From positions 1-64,000 of the forward strand of contig JBGSIV010000157.1 in assembly GCA_041742355.1 (NCBI GenBank): a stretch of DNA of 64,000 nucleotides, read 5' to 3'. The position numbers and the translations under genes were made by a program. Every line of letters begins with the position of its first letter. Within the stretch, counting starts at the first letter, position 1. The notes under the pieces are model-generated. The model was not told the origin of the DNA, searched no databases, and was given only the letters and a program-made list of their open reading frames with translations. The DNA is from Candidatus Zixiibacteriota bacterium (GTDB lineage: Bacteria > Zixibacteria > MSB-5A5 > GN15 > FEB-12). Of the stretch, positions 9,841 through 18,785 are shown in pieces.

Positions 9841-10601
9841 TGGGTGAAACGAAGCTGACGGGCGAAACCACGCGGACATTGGAAATCGAGCGGTTCGATT
9901 TCTCGACCCTTGTCGGTCACAAGATCGTCCTGTTCGCCGAGCAGTTCCCCGGCAAGCCGCTGGTGAGCAAGGTCACGGTGGCGAACGGCAAGTCGATCTC
10001 CATCGACCGCAGCGGCGGCGACGGGCTGATCGATTCGCTCGTGGACAATCAGCGCGTGGTGCTCAAAATCGACTACAAGGGGGAACCCGTTTCGGTCGCG
10101 GCAAAGCTCCGGCGAAATGAACTGGGAGGATGCCGGATTTACCTCGGAGAAGCAGTCACGCCTCTCCTGCGCCGTCGCTTCCTGCGGGTGCCGGTAACAT
10201 GCCCGTTCCGGTTCGCGGCAATCCCGTCCGCACGGTTCTCGGAAACAAGCCTGGCGCGGCTGCGCTGGCTGGAGACCGAGACCGTCAGCCTCTCGGGCGG
10301 CGGGACGATGATCCGCTTCACCAGCCTTCTGGAGCCTCCGACCTACCTCTTCGCCAACGTGGCCTGGTCGGACCTGGGCTTTCCGTCGCTCGTCCTTGGC
10401 CAGGTGCGCAACTCGTTCGCTCCGGAAGCGGGTCAATGGCACATAGGCATACAGTTTATCTCGCGCGAACTTCGGCGCGAGCACTTGCCGCTTCCGACGA
10501 TCCGGCAAATGCCCGCCTCGGTGTTCGCGCTCGATGAGACCCTGCAGGCCGCAATCGAACGCAAGCTCATCGCTCATTTGCACGGAAACAATCCCCTGTA
10601 A
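9840..10601 (+). CDS. second YcgR/PilZ-like protein
   Basis: RRRFLR and SLSGGG (Ser in place of D/N); TAATG coupling to the previous gene. Confidence 0.7.
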   Translation: MGETKLTGETTRTLEIERFDFSTLVGHKIVLFAEQFPGKPLVSKVTVANGKSISIDRSGGDGLIDSLVDNQRVVLKIDYKGEPVSVAAKLRRNELGGCRIYLGEAVTPLLRRRFLRVPVTCPFRFAAIPSARFSETSLARLRWLETETVSLSGGGTMIRFTSLLEPPTYLFANVAWSDLGFPSLVLGQVRNSFAPEAGQWHIGIQFISRELRREHLPLPTIRQMPASVFALDETLQAAIERKLIAHLHGNNPL

Positions 10602-10613
10602 CAGGAGCCAGAT

Positions 10614-11135
10614 ATGAAAAAGGATCCCAAAGTCAGATTCATCTCCGACGTCGCCACCGAGGCAGATACGTTCAAGGCGCGCAAGCCGTTTCGCGTTTCT
10701 CAGGAGAACCAGCGCCAGTTCGTTCGCATGGAAATCACTTCCCCAATGTGGCTGCGCTGCCTGAAAGACATCTTCGGCAATTTCAGTCCGTCAGACCGCC
10801 ACTATGACATCGAAGGCACCATTCTGAATATCTCGGCCGGGGGAGTGCTCGTCGAGGTCGACCAGCCTCTCAACGAGGGGGATATCGTCTCGATGCGGTT
10901 CAAGGTCCAGGACGTGGAGCACCTCGACAACGTGCTCGGCCTGGTGAAGCGAACCGACCAGGGAGAGGATTACTGCCTCTCGGGTATCGAGTTCATCACG
11001 CGCGAACACCTCCGCGACAAGCTGTCGGCGGCCGAACTTGACCTGCTGGGTCAGCGGTTCGGCAACTTCCGTGAAAGCGTGCAGCAGGTGCTGTCGCGCT
11101 ACCTGTACACGGACCGGAAGGCCGTAGAAAAGTGA
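10614..11135 (+). CDS. single-domain PilZ protein
   Basis: QRQFVR and NISAGG, GIEF. Confidence 0.85.
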   Translation: MKKDPKVRFISDVATEADTFKARKPFRVSQENQRQFVRMEITSPMWLRCLKDIFGNFSPSDRHYDIEGTILNISAGGVLVEVDQPLNEGDIVSMRFKVQDVEHLDNVLGLVKRTDQGEDYCLSGIEFITREHLRDKLSAAELDLLGQRFGNFRESVQQVLSRYLYTDRKAVEK

Positions 11136-11791
11136 GAATACGGCACGGACACATCGTCACCGCTCTGGCGGCGGCGATGCTGACGCTTGTGGCGGCGATG
11201 CCGCGCAACGGTGCGCCGGCCGATGGCGCGAATGGGACAGCGCGCAACGGATCTGCCCAGAAGGTGCTGCTGATTGTAACACCGGCCGAAATGGCCTGGG
11301 CCGACTCGGAGATCGAGGAGCGCCTCATGGAGCGACTCACGCGCCACGGATCAATTCAGGTCAGCATCGCCAACGCTCCGGCGCCGGGATTGCCGGCCTT
11401 TCCGCTCTCGTGCTATCGCACCGACTCGCTGGTCGCCTGGGGAAAAGCGGCGGGCGCCGATTTCGTGGTGGTGGTTCGGGTGGAGAGCGCGCGGCTCGAA
11501 CGACGCAAGGATATCCACGTACCGCTTCTGTTCCACAGGTACATGACAGTGGGGGCGATTGAAGGGGAACTGCGCGTGGTCGATGTCTCACGGGCCCGGT
11601 TGGAAATTGCCGAGCCGTTCAAAATTGAAGAAAAGGGGCCGCGCGCCTTTCAAGCAACCATGGATGACGACATTCACGACCCCGACCTGCACCTTACCGC
11701 AGCCGCCAAGGTTCGGTTCTTCCAGAAGCTCGAGGAGGAACTGGCCGGCATGTTGGTCAAACGCATCGGGTCGGTCATCAGGATGAGGTAA
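11132..11791 (+). CDS. exported protein, possibly CsgG/FlgT/LpoB-like alpha/beta fold
   Basis: Signal peptide; GKAAGADFVVVVRV pattern; GTGA coupling. Confidence 0.6.
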   Translation: MRIRHGHIVTALAAAMLTLVAAMPRNGAPADGANGTARNGSAQKVLLIVTPAEMAWADSEIEERLMERLTRHGSIQVSIANAPAPGLPAFPLSCYRTDSLVAWGKAAGADFVVVVRVESARLERRKDIHVPLLFHRYMTVGAIEGELRVVDVSRARLEIAEPFKIEEKGPRAFQATMDDDIHDPDLHLTAAAKVRFFQKLEEELAGMLVKRIGSVIRMR

Positions 11792-11798
11792 GTGAAGC

Positions 11799-13772
11799 AT
11801 GACTAGCACACCGGACTTAGCCGGTCGGAAGCCGCACGGGGAGAACTGCGGGCCGATCACTGTATCCGATTCGATCTCCGTGCCGGCAGGAAGTCTGCAA
11901 GCAGCAGGCGCTTCGCGGCTGGCCGGTCTCACGGTCGCCGATCCGCCTCAAACCGAAGCCGGTCGACAGGCGACTCGCCAGGGACGGTCGATCACCCTGT
12001 CGCGCCGGGTCAATGAGGTCGCGGCAATCGGCCGGGATGCCGCCCGAGGACCAGCCGTGCTCAAGGCGCTCGACCACCTCGGTGTCGGGCTGTTCCTGGT
12101 GAACCGCCAGGGGTATGTCACCGACTGCAACGAAGCCGCTTCGGAACTGCTCGGTCTCGACCATCTGACCGACCGGGAGCAGCGGCATGTGTCGAACCTG
12201 ACGGCGGTTTTCGCCGGGGATGTTACCGAGCAAATCGACCGCCTGCTGTCAGACGGGCGGCAGTGCGTTCGCCGCGAAATCACACTGACAGGCCGGGAGG
12301 ATCACCCGGTGATGGTGACGTTGTGCGCGTTGCCGGCGGACGACAGTGGTGCGGCGGATGTGGTCGGGATCATGCGAGAGCCCGACGCCGACCGTACGCT
12401 CGTCGCGCGCGCCAAAGAGGAGCTGTCCATTCTGGCGGAAGTAGCGGCGGCGCTGTCTTCCTCGCTCGATCTGAAACAGATACTTCGAATCATTCTGACC
12501 GGCGCGACCGCTTCCCAGGGCGTCGGTTTCAACCGGGCGTTTCTGTTCCTGTACGAGCGGACCCGCCACGAACTGGTCGCCCACATGGCGGTCGGCCCGA
12601 GTTCAGCGGAAGAAGCCGGGAGAATTTGGTCGCGGCTGGCCGGCATGCAGCTCTCGCTGGCGCAGATGCTCGATGACCACCGGTCCGGAACCGATGAAAG
12701 CTCGGATCACCTGTTCGAGCGAATCCGCGGGCTGGTGCTGTCTCTGGACGAGGAGTCACTCATTGCTCGGGCATGCGACACGGGCGTCTGGGTAAACCTT
12801 CAGAAGGCCAGCGAAATCGATCCGGTGACGCAGAGCCTGCTGGATCGCACCGGCGTGCGCAACGGGGCGCTCATCCCGCTCGTAAGCAAGGGCAACTGCC
12901 AGGGATTGATTGTGGCCGACAACGGCATCACCGGCGCGCCGATCTCCGACGATGCCGTGCGCGTCCTGAAAGTCCTCGCGGATCAGGCCGCAGTGGCGGT
13001 CCAGCGGGCGCGCCTGCACGACAGCGAACGGGAACGCACACGCGAATTGGAGCGGACATACCGTCGCCTGACCGCCAGTCAGGAGCAGGTCGTCCGCGCC
13101 GAAAAGATGTCGGTCATGGGGGAGATCACGGCCGCCGTGGCCGAGGAATTGCGCAATCCCCTGACGATCATCGGCGGGTTTGTTAACCTGGTGAGGGGGT
13201 GCCAGCGGTGCGAGGATGGGCGGGAGTACCTCAATATCATCGAGAGCGAAGTCCGACGCGCCGAAGGGATGCTTCGGCAGGTCATCGAATTTGCCTCCGC
13301 GAGCAGCCGCCAGAACCAGGTATTCGACTTTTCGGCGCTGGCATCAAGCGTAGTGGAGCGCCTCTCGGTCAAAGGCGAAGGAGTGATTCCCGTCAGTTTC
13401 TCCGCGGCTACGGAGCGCCTGCTGGTTCTCGGCAACCCCGATCAGCTGGGAAGCGCACTGCACCAGCTGCTCCAACTGGTGGTGGAGGAGACCTCGGCGG
13501 AAGCCCGGCTGGATGTCCGGACCGACTGCGCCGAGGGGCGGGCACGCCTGACGGTGGCCTTTTCTGTCGAACCGAACCGAACGGAGCGCCTGGTTAAGCT
13601 GCTGGAACAGATGTTTGCGCGGCAGACGTCATCCCTGCGCCTGCAGGTCCTGGTGGCCGGCGAAACGGTCAAGTACCACGGCGGCGATTACTCCTTGAAG
13701 ACGACCGCAACAGGCCTCCCGCTGCTGATGCTCGAGGTCCCGCTCTTCAATGAACGGAAGGAGCCGGCGTGA
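11799..13772 (+). CDS. PAS-GAF sensor with degenerate HisKA/HATPase (pseudokinase)
   Basis: PAS (GLFLVNRQG..CNEAA), GAF (GFNRAFLFL), H-box AAVAEELRNPL without His; start uncertain. Confidence 0.8.
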   Translation: MTSTPDLAGRKPHGENCGPITVSDSISVPAGSLQAAGASRLAGLTVADPPQTEAGRQATRQGRSITLSRRVNEVAAIGRDAARGPAVLKALDHLGVGLFLVNRQGYVTDCNEAASELLGLDHLTDREQRHVSNLTAVFAGDVTEQIDRLLSDGRQCVRREITLTGREDHPVMVTLCALPADDSGAADVVGIMREPDADRTLVARAKEELSILAEVAAALSSSLDLKQILRIILTGATASQGVGFNRAFLFLYERTRHELVAHMAVGPSSAEEAGRIWSRLAGMQLSLAQMLDDHRSGTDESSDHLFERIRGLVLSLDEESLIARACDTGVWVNLQKASEIDPVTQSLLDRTGVRNGALIPLVSKGNCQGLIVADNGITGAPISDDAVRVLKVLADQAAVAVQRARLHDSERERTRELERTYRRLTASQEQVVRAEKMSVMGEITAAVAEELRNPLTIIGGFVNLVRGCQRCEDGREYLNIIESEVRRAEGMLRQVIEFASASSRQNQVFDFSALASSVVERLSVKGEGVIPVSFSAATERLLVLGNPDQLGSALHQLLQLVVEETSAEARLDVRTDCAEGRARLTVAFSVEPNRTERLVKLLEQMFARQTSSLRLQVLVAGETVKYHGGDYSLKTTATGLPLLMLEVPLFNERKEPA

Positions 13773-14143
13773 TCAAGCCGAAGATCGATGAGTTTCAGCC
13801 GATCGATCCCACGGTCGTCGAAAAGGTAGATGACCTGAACGAGGAGATCAAGGTTCTCGCACTGAACCTGGCGATCTATCTCGCGCGGGCAAAGGGACGC
13901 TCGGCGGCGCTAAGCCGGCTTGAGCCGGACTTCATTCAGTTGGTGAATGGGACCGTCAAGGTGGTGCAGGAACTGGCCGGAATAATCAATGCGGCCCGGA
14001 ATATGGAGACGATGGTGAACGATCTGGCTGATCACGCCCCCGGCTCGGATCCCCTGGAGAAACGGCTGAAGGAGATACTCGCGCAGTGCAGCCGGATAAT
14101 GGAAGTTCTTGCGGATGAGGGCATTGGCGATGCGCGGCCGTAA
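13769..14143 (+). CDS. small cytoplasmic protein resembling an MCP signalling hairpin
   Basis: EEIKVLALNLAIYLARA vs MCP consensus [21 protein letters not shown] coupling. Confidence 0.6.
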   Translation: MIKPKIDEFQPIDPTVVEKVDDLNEEIKVLALNLAIYLARAKGRSAALSRLEPDFIQLVNGTVKVVQELAGIINAARNMETMVNDLADHAPGSDPLEKRLKEILAQCSRIMEVLADEGIGDARP

Positions 14144-14263
14144 CGCCGGGAAGTTTCTTCCGCGATCGGGTGGATGATCTGTCGGATCCTGTCGATAAGA
14201 TAGTACAAGAACCCGGTTTCAGTCTGGAACGGCCGGGTTAACCTGTAAGAGATTGGTAATACC

Positions 14264-14680
14264 ATGCCGGAAATCGGAGCAGAACGACTGGTACGCCTGG
14301 TGCAGGAGCGGGGACGTCCGTTTCGCGTACTGATCGTCGATGACGAAGAATGGGTGCGCGACGTGTTTCGGGACTTCTGCCGGACGACCGAAGCTTTCGA
14401 GGTCGACCTCGCCGATGGAGGTATCGATGCCCTGCAAAAGGTCGAGGCCGGTCAGTATGACCTCGTGACAGTTGACCTCATCATGCCGGAGATGTCGGGA
14501 CTCGAGGTCCTGGCGGAAATCAAACGGCTGCACCCCCGGACACCGGTCGTGGTAGTTACGGGCAACGCGACCGACAAAGTGGTGCACGAGGCCGGGCTGC
14601 TGGGGGCCTGCCGGGTGCTGTACAAGCCGGTCGAGCTGCAGGACTTCCTTGCCGAAGTTACCTCGGCTCTGGACCGATAA
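14264..14680 (+). CDS. single-domain response regulator (CheY-like)
   Basis: LIVDD, VDLIMP, VVTG, YKP. Confidence 0.9.
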   Translation: MPEIGAERLVRLVQERGRPFRVLIVDDEEWVRDVFRDFCRTTEAFEVDLADGGIDALQKVEAGQYDLVTVDLIMPEMSGLEVLAEIKRLHPRTPVVVVTGNATDKVVHEAGLLGACRVLYKPVELQDFLAEVTSALDR

Positions 14681-14743
14681 GGGACATGAGCGCCCGGATG
14701 AAGTGGAAAAGATACGTGCAGGAAGGACGAGGAGAGTGATTCG

Positions 14744-15145
14744 ATGAAAAGCTCGGTATCGATCCTGGTCGTCGACGACGAGGAGATGATGCGCAATCTG
14801 CTTGAAAAAATCCTTTCGCGCGAGGGATACCAGATCGCCACGGCCGAGAATGGACAGGCCGCGCTCGAGGTGCTTTCCGGACGGCGTTTCGACATCGTGA
14901 TCTCGGACATGAAAATGCCGCGAATGAACGGCTTTGATCTGCTCAAGGCGATTAAGAAAGATCATCCGCGCACCGGTGTGATCATCATGACGGCGTACGG
15001 GGACACCTACACGGTCAAGGACGCTCTGCTGCTGGGGGCCGACGAATACATAACCAAGCCGTTCAAGAGCTATGAGATATCGCTGATCGTCGAACGAGCC
15101 TACTGGCGGCTGCTGGCCGCCGACGCCGCAACATCGCAGGGATAA
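14744..15145 (+). CDS. single-domain response regulator (CheY-like)
   Basis: LVVDD, SDMKMP, MTAY, TKPF. Confidence 0.92.
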   Translation: MKSSVSILVVDDEEMMRNLLEKILSREGYQIATAENGQAALEVLSGRRFDIVISDMKMPRMNGFDLLKAIKKDHPRTGVIIMTAYGDTYTVKDALLLGADEYITKPFKSYEISLIVERAYWRLLAADAATSQG

Positions 15146-15150
15146 ACTTT

Positions 15151-16587
15151 ATGTCAGGTACCTCCGCCGAAACCGCTAGCCAGAAATCCAAGCCGAAGCC
15201 CAAGCTGGCTCGGGTGGTGATCACCCGCGACAATATGGCGGCTATGATGGCGCTGGTAAATCCGGACCAGTACGGCTGCACGATAACGCTCGACGATATC
15301 AAGGACGAGATCGAGCGTATGGGCGTGGTTCATGGCGTGGACTGGAACGCCGTGCAGCAAGCGCTCGACAGCGGTCTGTACGAAACGCCGACTCGGATTG
15401 CTGTAGGTACCCCGGCCCGGAAGGGGAAGGACGCAACCTTCGAGTACGCGTTCGAAACCGATGCACAGCACGCCCCCGAGGAGTCGGACGACGGCCGGAT
15501 CGACTACCGGTCCATCAACTTCATCCAGAACGTTCGCGAGGGGACTGTGCTCGTGCGCAAGACGCCCCCGACCGACGGCGAGGACGGGTGCGGCGTCAAC
15601 GGCAAGATCATTCCCGGCACGCGCGGACGGGACATCCCCTTCAAGCAGGGCAAGAACACCAGGGTATCTGAAGATGGTCTCTCGCTCGTGGCCTCGACCA
15701 GCGGTGCGGTTGTATTCTCCAGAGGCGCGGTGTCCGTCAACGACGTGACCTCGATCCAGGGGGACGTCGACATGGCGGTGGGAAACATCAGTTGCATCGG
15801 TTCGGTCCGCGTGGGAGGGGAAATCAAAGCCGGGTTTGTCGTAAATTCCGGAGGGAATCTGGAAGTCGCCGGCAATGTTGCCGACTGCTCGATCAATTGC
15901 GAGGGAAACATCCTCGTCAAAGGGGGATGTTATGGCAAAGGCGCGGGGCTGATCAAAGCCGACGGCGACGTGGTCGTCAAGTACGCCGAGGGGATGACGA
16001 TGGTGGCGGGCAACGATGTGGTGGCCGGGGAGGAACTGCTCAACTGCCGGGTCACGGCCAAGGAGCGGGTGGTGGTCAAGAGCCGCAAGGGGAAGATCAT
16101 CGGTGGCGAGATAAACGCCGGCAAAGAGATTCGAGTACCGATAGCCGGCAACGAGGCCGGGACCGCAACCGTACTCCGCGTCGGATACGATGCCGAACTG
16201 ATGCGGGAATTCCGGGAGACCTGCGTCGAAATCGGCCGGATCGAAAAGGACCTCACGCGGGTGAAGACTACCTTGGTCGCTATGTACAAGCTGCAGATGA
16301 ATGGGGGGCTTGACGACCAGAAGCAGGCGGCCCTGACGAAACTGGAGGAATTCCAGGCCTCGGCGCCGAAAGAACTGGAGCGGCTGGCGGAGAAGCGGGG
16401 CGCTCTCGACGCGCGACTCAAGGAAGTCGCCGACGCCCAGATCATCATTGAAGACACGCTGTACCACGGCGTGGCGGCACACTTCGGAACGATCTACCGA
16501 GAATTCACCGAGTCGCAGAAACGGTGCCGGATCACCCTGGAGAATGGCCGGGTCATCCTGAGCGAGTACCGTCCCGAGAAGGCCTGA
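15151..16587 (+). CDS. FapA / DUF342 flagellar assembly protein
   Basis: GRIDYR, GKNT, GDVDMAVGNI, beta-helix repeats, GKIIGG, C-terminal coiled coil. Confidence 0.9.
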   Translation: MSGTSAETASQKSKPKPKLARVVITRDNMAAMMALVNPDQYGCTITLDDIKDEIERMGVVHGVDWNAVQQALDSGLYETPTRIAVGTPARKGKDATFEYAFETDAQHAPEESDDGRIDYRSINFIQNVREGTVLVRKTPPTDGEDGCGVNGKIIPGTRGRDIPFKQGKNTRVSEDGLSLVASTSGAVVFSRGAVSVNDVTSIQGDVDMAVGNISCIGSVRVGGEIKAGFVVNSGGNLEVAGNVADCSINCEGNILVKGGCYGKGAGLIKADGDVVVKYAEGMTMVAGNDVVAGEELLNCRVTAKERVVVKSRKGKIIGGEINAGKEIRVPIAGNEAGTATVLRVGYDAELMREFRETCVEIGRIEKDLTRVKTTLVAMYKLQMNGGLDDQKQAALTKLEEFQASAPKELERLAEKRGALDARLKEVADAQIIIEDTLYHGVAAHFGTIYREFTESQKRCRITLENGRVILSEYRPEKA

Positions 16588-16669
16588 TCCCCCGGGCTAC
16601 TCCGACATCAGGGAGCCTCCGGTTTCCATGAACAGCATATCTAAGCGTGATCTGAAGGAATAGCCTGAT

Positions 16670-16874
16670 CTCCTGGAGCAGACTACGCTGCCTTGAGTAG
16701 CTTGGACTACTTGGAGTAACCTGGGCTTTCTGGAGCGGTCTAGACTGCTTGGAGTAGTCTGGATTACCTGAAGTGGTCGGGATTGTCTGGAGTGGACTTG
16801 ATTAGCTGAGTGGTCTGGATTATCCGGAGTAGCGAGACCATCTGTAAGTAGTCTGATTCCCCGGTATAGTAAGA
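16670..16874. repeat. degenerate 18-19 bp tandem repeat array, about 10-11 units
   Basis: Units include CTGCCTTGAGTAGCTTGGA, CTACTTGGAGTAACCTGGG, CTTTCTGGAGCGGTCTAGA, CTGCTTGGAGTAGTCTGGA, TTACCTGAAGTGGTCGGGA, TTGTCTGGAGTGGACTTGA. Confidence 0.85.
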
Positions 16875-16956
16875 TTTCCCTTTCACCCCCAGAGCTTGGT
16901 TCAATTCGATATCTTGGGCGAATTCCATGGCCGGAGCGATCGGGCCAAAAAAGGGC

Positions 16957-16985
16957 TTGATTGGGCCGGGGTGGGGGGATATATT
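16957..16985 (+). promoter_or_regulatory. sigma70-type promoter of tRNA-Ser
   Basis: TTGATT-N17-TATATT followed by a GC-rich discriminator. Confidence 0.6.
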
Positions 16986-17010
16986 GGCGCGTGCAACGGA
17001 CGTTCGATTC

Positions 17011-17101
17011 GGAGAGATGGCCGAGAGGCTGAAGGCGGCGGATTGCTAATCCGTTATAGGGGTTATTGCCTCTATCCAGGGTTCGAATCCCTGTCTCTCC
17101 G
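17011..17101 (+). tRNA. tRNA-Ser (anticodon GCT); CCA not encoded
   Basis: Acceptor GGAGAGA/TCTCTCC, anticodon arm GCGGA-TTGCTAA-TCCGT, long variable arm, T arm CAGGG-TTCGAAT-CCCTG. Confidence 0.97.
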
Positions 17102-17780
17102 CTTTATTCTATTGTCTCACAACGACTTATGGTGGTGGATTTCCGGGCTACCACCCATGAAGCCTCTGTTCGCTTACCAGTTCGCCTACCTCGCAAAGCT
17201 GCTTAACCTGCATGGACCACCTGTCCCGCCATGTTTCGCTTTTCGGTGCGAAGGCTTAGTGAGCCAGCTGTGGACAGACCGCGGGGTAGTTCGTGACTCT
17301 AGGGGTCGGAACCCAGAAGGTCACCCAAAGTCACCCACGTGCAGAGGGCCCTTCACCTCTTGCAGTTTCATTTCGCCCTTGCGGACCGCGTCATACGCTG
17401 CCGGATGCATCACCAGTTGCACGACTGGTCGGCCGATCGGCCTTCACGCCGTCGACGGTCGTCGGCTGACTTTGCTCTTGACGTTTGCCGCCAGCACTCG
17501 GTCGAGCGCGATGATCCGAGCTGTATCGGGGAGTGATGCGACAATCTCGCGCATGATCTCGCGAGTCTAATCTTTGGAAAGTGTCTGGAAATTCGATTCG
17601 GCGAACTGAGGCATGGGGAGGTTTACCAGTTGTTCGCCATCAGAACGCGAAAGCCGTGCGCAAGCTTCCCGGACGACATAGAGTCTCTCGACAGCACGAC
17701 ACCCTCTGTCACCTTCAGACCGCGGCACGGCGGGCAAAATTGGCTACAAATCCGTGCCCTGCAATGGCCTTAAAATAATT

Positions 17781-17831
17781 CCCCCCCCCCCCCGGATAAA
17801 GTTTGACAGCCCTCATACATAATAGTATACT
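17781..17831 (+). promoter_or_regulatory. poly-C13 tract plus near-consensus sigma70 promoter of the first NarL regulator
   Basis: C13 at 17781-17793; TTGACA(17803)-N17-TATACT(17826). Confidence 0.75.
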
Positions 17832-17930
17832 CCATCTAATCTTGGCTGAGACCGCAGCGACAACCGGTGATAATCCAACAACTCTCTCGGCGACCTTCGG
17901 AGTAGAAGACAGAAAAGGATTGCGAGTGTC

Positions 17931-18620
17931 ATGCCGAAAATTCGCGTTTTACTGATAGAGGACAATCGCCTCCTTCGGGAAGGTATCAAGAAGATGCTGA
18001 ACGCGGAGCCGGACGTACGGGTTATCACCTCTACCGGCAACGGTGACACGGTTGAAAAGGCTGTATCTATGAAGCCGGACGTCGTGTTGCTTGACCTGGG
18101 ACTCAGAGATCAAGACAGTTTGATAGTTGTGAAAACCTTGAAGGAGCAGTTTCCCGGCATCCATGTGGTGGCCATGGATTTGATCCCGGCTCACGCCGAG
18201 GTGGTCGAATTTGTCAAGGCGGGTGTCGCCGGATTTATCCTCAAGGATGCGACTCTGGACGATTTCCTGCACACAATCAGATCGGTCGCGAAAGGGGCAA
18301 AGGTCCTCCCGCCGCCAATGGTCGGTTCGCTCTTCTCACAGATTGTGGAGCACGCAATTCAGGGCGGCAAAGTTGAGGAATTGATGAGTTCCGTCCGACT
18401 GACCAACCGCGAGAAGGAAGTAATCGGTCAAATTGCCGGTGGAAAGAGCAATAAGGAGATCGCCAGGGAGCTCAATCTTGCCGTCTACACCGTTAAGAGT
18501 CATGTGCACAACATTCTGGAGAAGCTGGCGCTGCACACTCGCCTTGAGTTGTCGACATTCGCCCATGCACGCGGTTTGACCACAAAGACCCCGGCTGGAT
18601 CTTCCGACGATTGCGACTAG
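17931..18620 (+). CDS. NarL/FixJ family response regulator (REC plus LuxR HTH)
   Basis: LLIEDN, LLDLGL, ILKD, LTNREKEV..GKSNKEIA..TVKSHVHNILEKL. Confidence 0.95.
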   Translation: MPKIRVLLIEDNRLLREGIKKMLNAEPDVRVITSTGNGDTVEKAVSMKPDVVLLDLGLRDQDSLIVVKTLKEQFPGIHVVAMDLIPAHAEVVEFVKAGVAGFILKDATLDDFLHTIRSVAKGAKVLPPPMVGSLFSQIVEHAIQGGKVEELMSSVRLTNREKEVIGQIAGGKSNKEIARELNLAVYTVKSHVHNILEKLALHTRLELSTFAHARGLTTKTPAGSSDDCD

Positions 18621-18649
18621 TTCATCAATTGGAGTAGTTAGCTCCAATA

Positions 18650-18665
18650 TCATCCCATTGGACTA
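18650..18665 (+). promoter_or_regulatory. island operator-like box (TCATCC-N4-GGAYKA family)
   Basis: TCATCCCATTGGACTA upstream of the second regulator. Confidence 0.55.
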
Positions 18666-18785
18666 TAGACTTCCCCAGCATTTGACCGTATGGTTGTCAC
18701 AGGGGCCTGATTCCCTGGTTCCGGCATTTGATATTTCTCGGTTCTGGCGAAACTGTTGGCTGATTGAGGAAGGAATCGTTGACCT

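Noticed and set aside
14191..14198. sigma28 -10 box (GTCGATAA) upstream of the receiver gene
   Set aside because: No -35 TAAA-like element at the correct spacing.
16670..16874. Repeat array as a CRISPR array
   Set aside because: Units abut with no unique spacers, are only 18-19 bp and degenerate; there are no cas genes in the window.
16896..17570. 224-aa ORF across the tRNA
   Set aside because: Overlaps tRNA-Ser and attL; no protein-like features.
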